A DNA stretch of 64,000 nt from contig CM119268.1 of NCBI GenBank assembly GCA_051294375.1, forward strand, positions 23,732,773 to 23,796,772, read 5' to 3'. The translations under genes and the position numbers were made by a program. Source of the DNA: Paraspadella gotoi (taxonomy: Eukaryota; Animalia; Chaetognatha). Under the pieces are notes generated by a model that worked only from the letters and a program-made list of their open reading frames with translations, made no database searches and had not been told where the DNA came from. Position 1 is the stretch's first letter. The number at the start of each line of letters is the position of its first letter. Below are positions 63,169-64,000 of this stretch, one piece after another.

Positions 63169-64000
63169 AGAGAACCGCAAAGTGAAACAAAAAATCAGGT
63201 GAAGGATTATTTGCAAAGCAAATTCGCCGCCATCTTGGAAATGCGTGGAAGACTGATTTAAATCCCTACCAAGCAGTAGAGATTTCTTGGCAAGCAACGT
63301 CTCTAAGACTTGATTTATTTTTCACCTTGTCCTTTTTTAAGTATCAACAAAACTGGTCTACTCTGGTAGGGAACCCTTTTTTATGTATTTCAAATAAAAG
63401 ACTCACACAAACACACAAGTAAACCAAAATATATTGCAAAGTACGAAATGGTTAAGAACAAAATTTCTGATAAGATTTGATGCAAGAAAAAAGAGAAGAA
63501 AGAAAAACAGTATCAGAAAACTTGGACTCACGAAATAGGAAAACAGGGCACTATTTTCCAAAAGCGGCCCATTTCTGTTCTTTAAACCCTTAATTTATAC
63601 TCAACCTTAATATTTAACTTTAATTTGTCACCAAACTTATAAAATATAACCTTATCACTTNNNNNNNNNNNNNNNNNNNNNNNNAACTAAGTTGCTATAA
63701 CTAAGTCACTTTAACAATGAAATGCTCATCACGTCAACCCTTCTATAATCAGGAAAGTCGGAAGAAAGCCAACNNNNNNNNNNNNNNNNNNNNNNNNNTA
63801 TGTGCCCTCTTTTTCCTTCGATTTCGCCTGTCGCTGAAGGTAAGAAAAACGGCACTGTAATCCCGAAAGCAGCCCCTCTTTTCGGTTCAGAAAATATTTT
63901 TAAAAAAATATTTTATTTAATATTTCAAAATTGTATAACTTTTTTTTTAGCAACCCTAATTCCCTAACCCTGATCTGAAACTTTAACCCTAATCCCCTTA

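Overview
AT-rich, intron-rich animal (invertebrate-like) genomic DNA from a draft assembly with N gaps, many indel-type errors and several kilobase-scale duplicated blocks. Almost all long ORFs in the track are (GA)n/(CT)n microsatellite artefacts. Reading splice sites by hand gives four spliced genes. (1) The 5' part of an ankyrin-like gene with a bacterial-type PVPGMYGG motif (minus strand, 91-2569). (2) An SLC4 bicarbonate-transporter gene (minus, about 3.5-20.9 kb, with duplicated exon blocks out to 29 kb) that carries tRNA-Ser and intron-containing tRNA-Tyr genes in its introns. (3) A phase-consistent 5-exon orphan gene nested antisense in the last SLC4 intron. (4) A complete 12-exon anion-selective Cys-loop ligand-gated ion channel gene (minus, 35998-45846). 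Non-coding features include a TIR element family filled with degenerate TTAGGG repeats that often sits 9-13 nt downstream of splice donors, minisatellites built from splice junctions, a hAT-like insertion seen in both filled and empty form, fold-back MITEs and a ~200 bp dispersed repeat. All identifications come from manual translation and remembered motifs; no database search was run.
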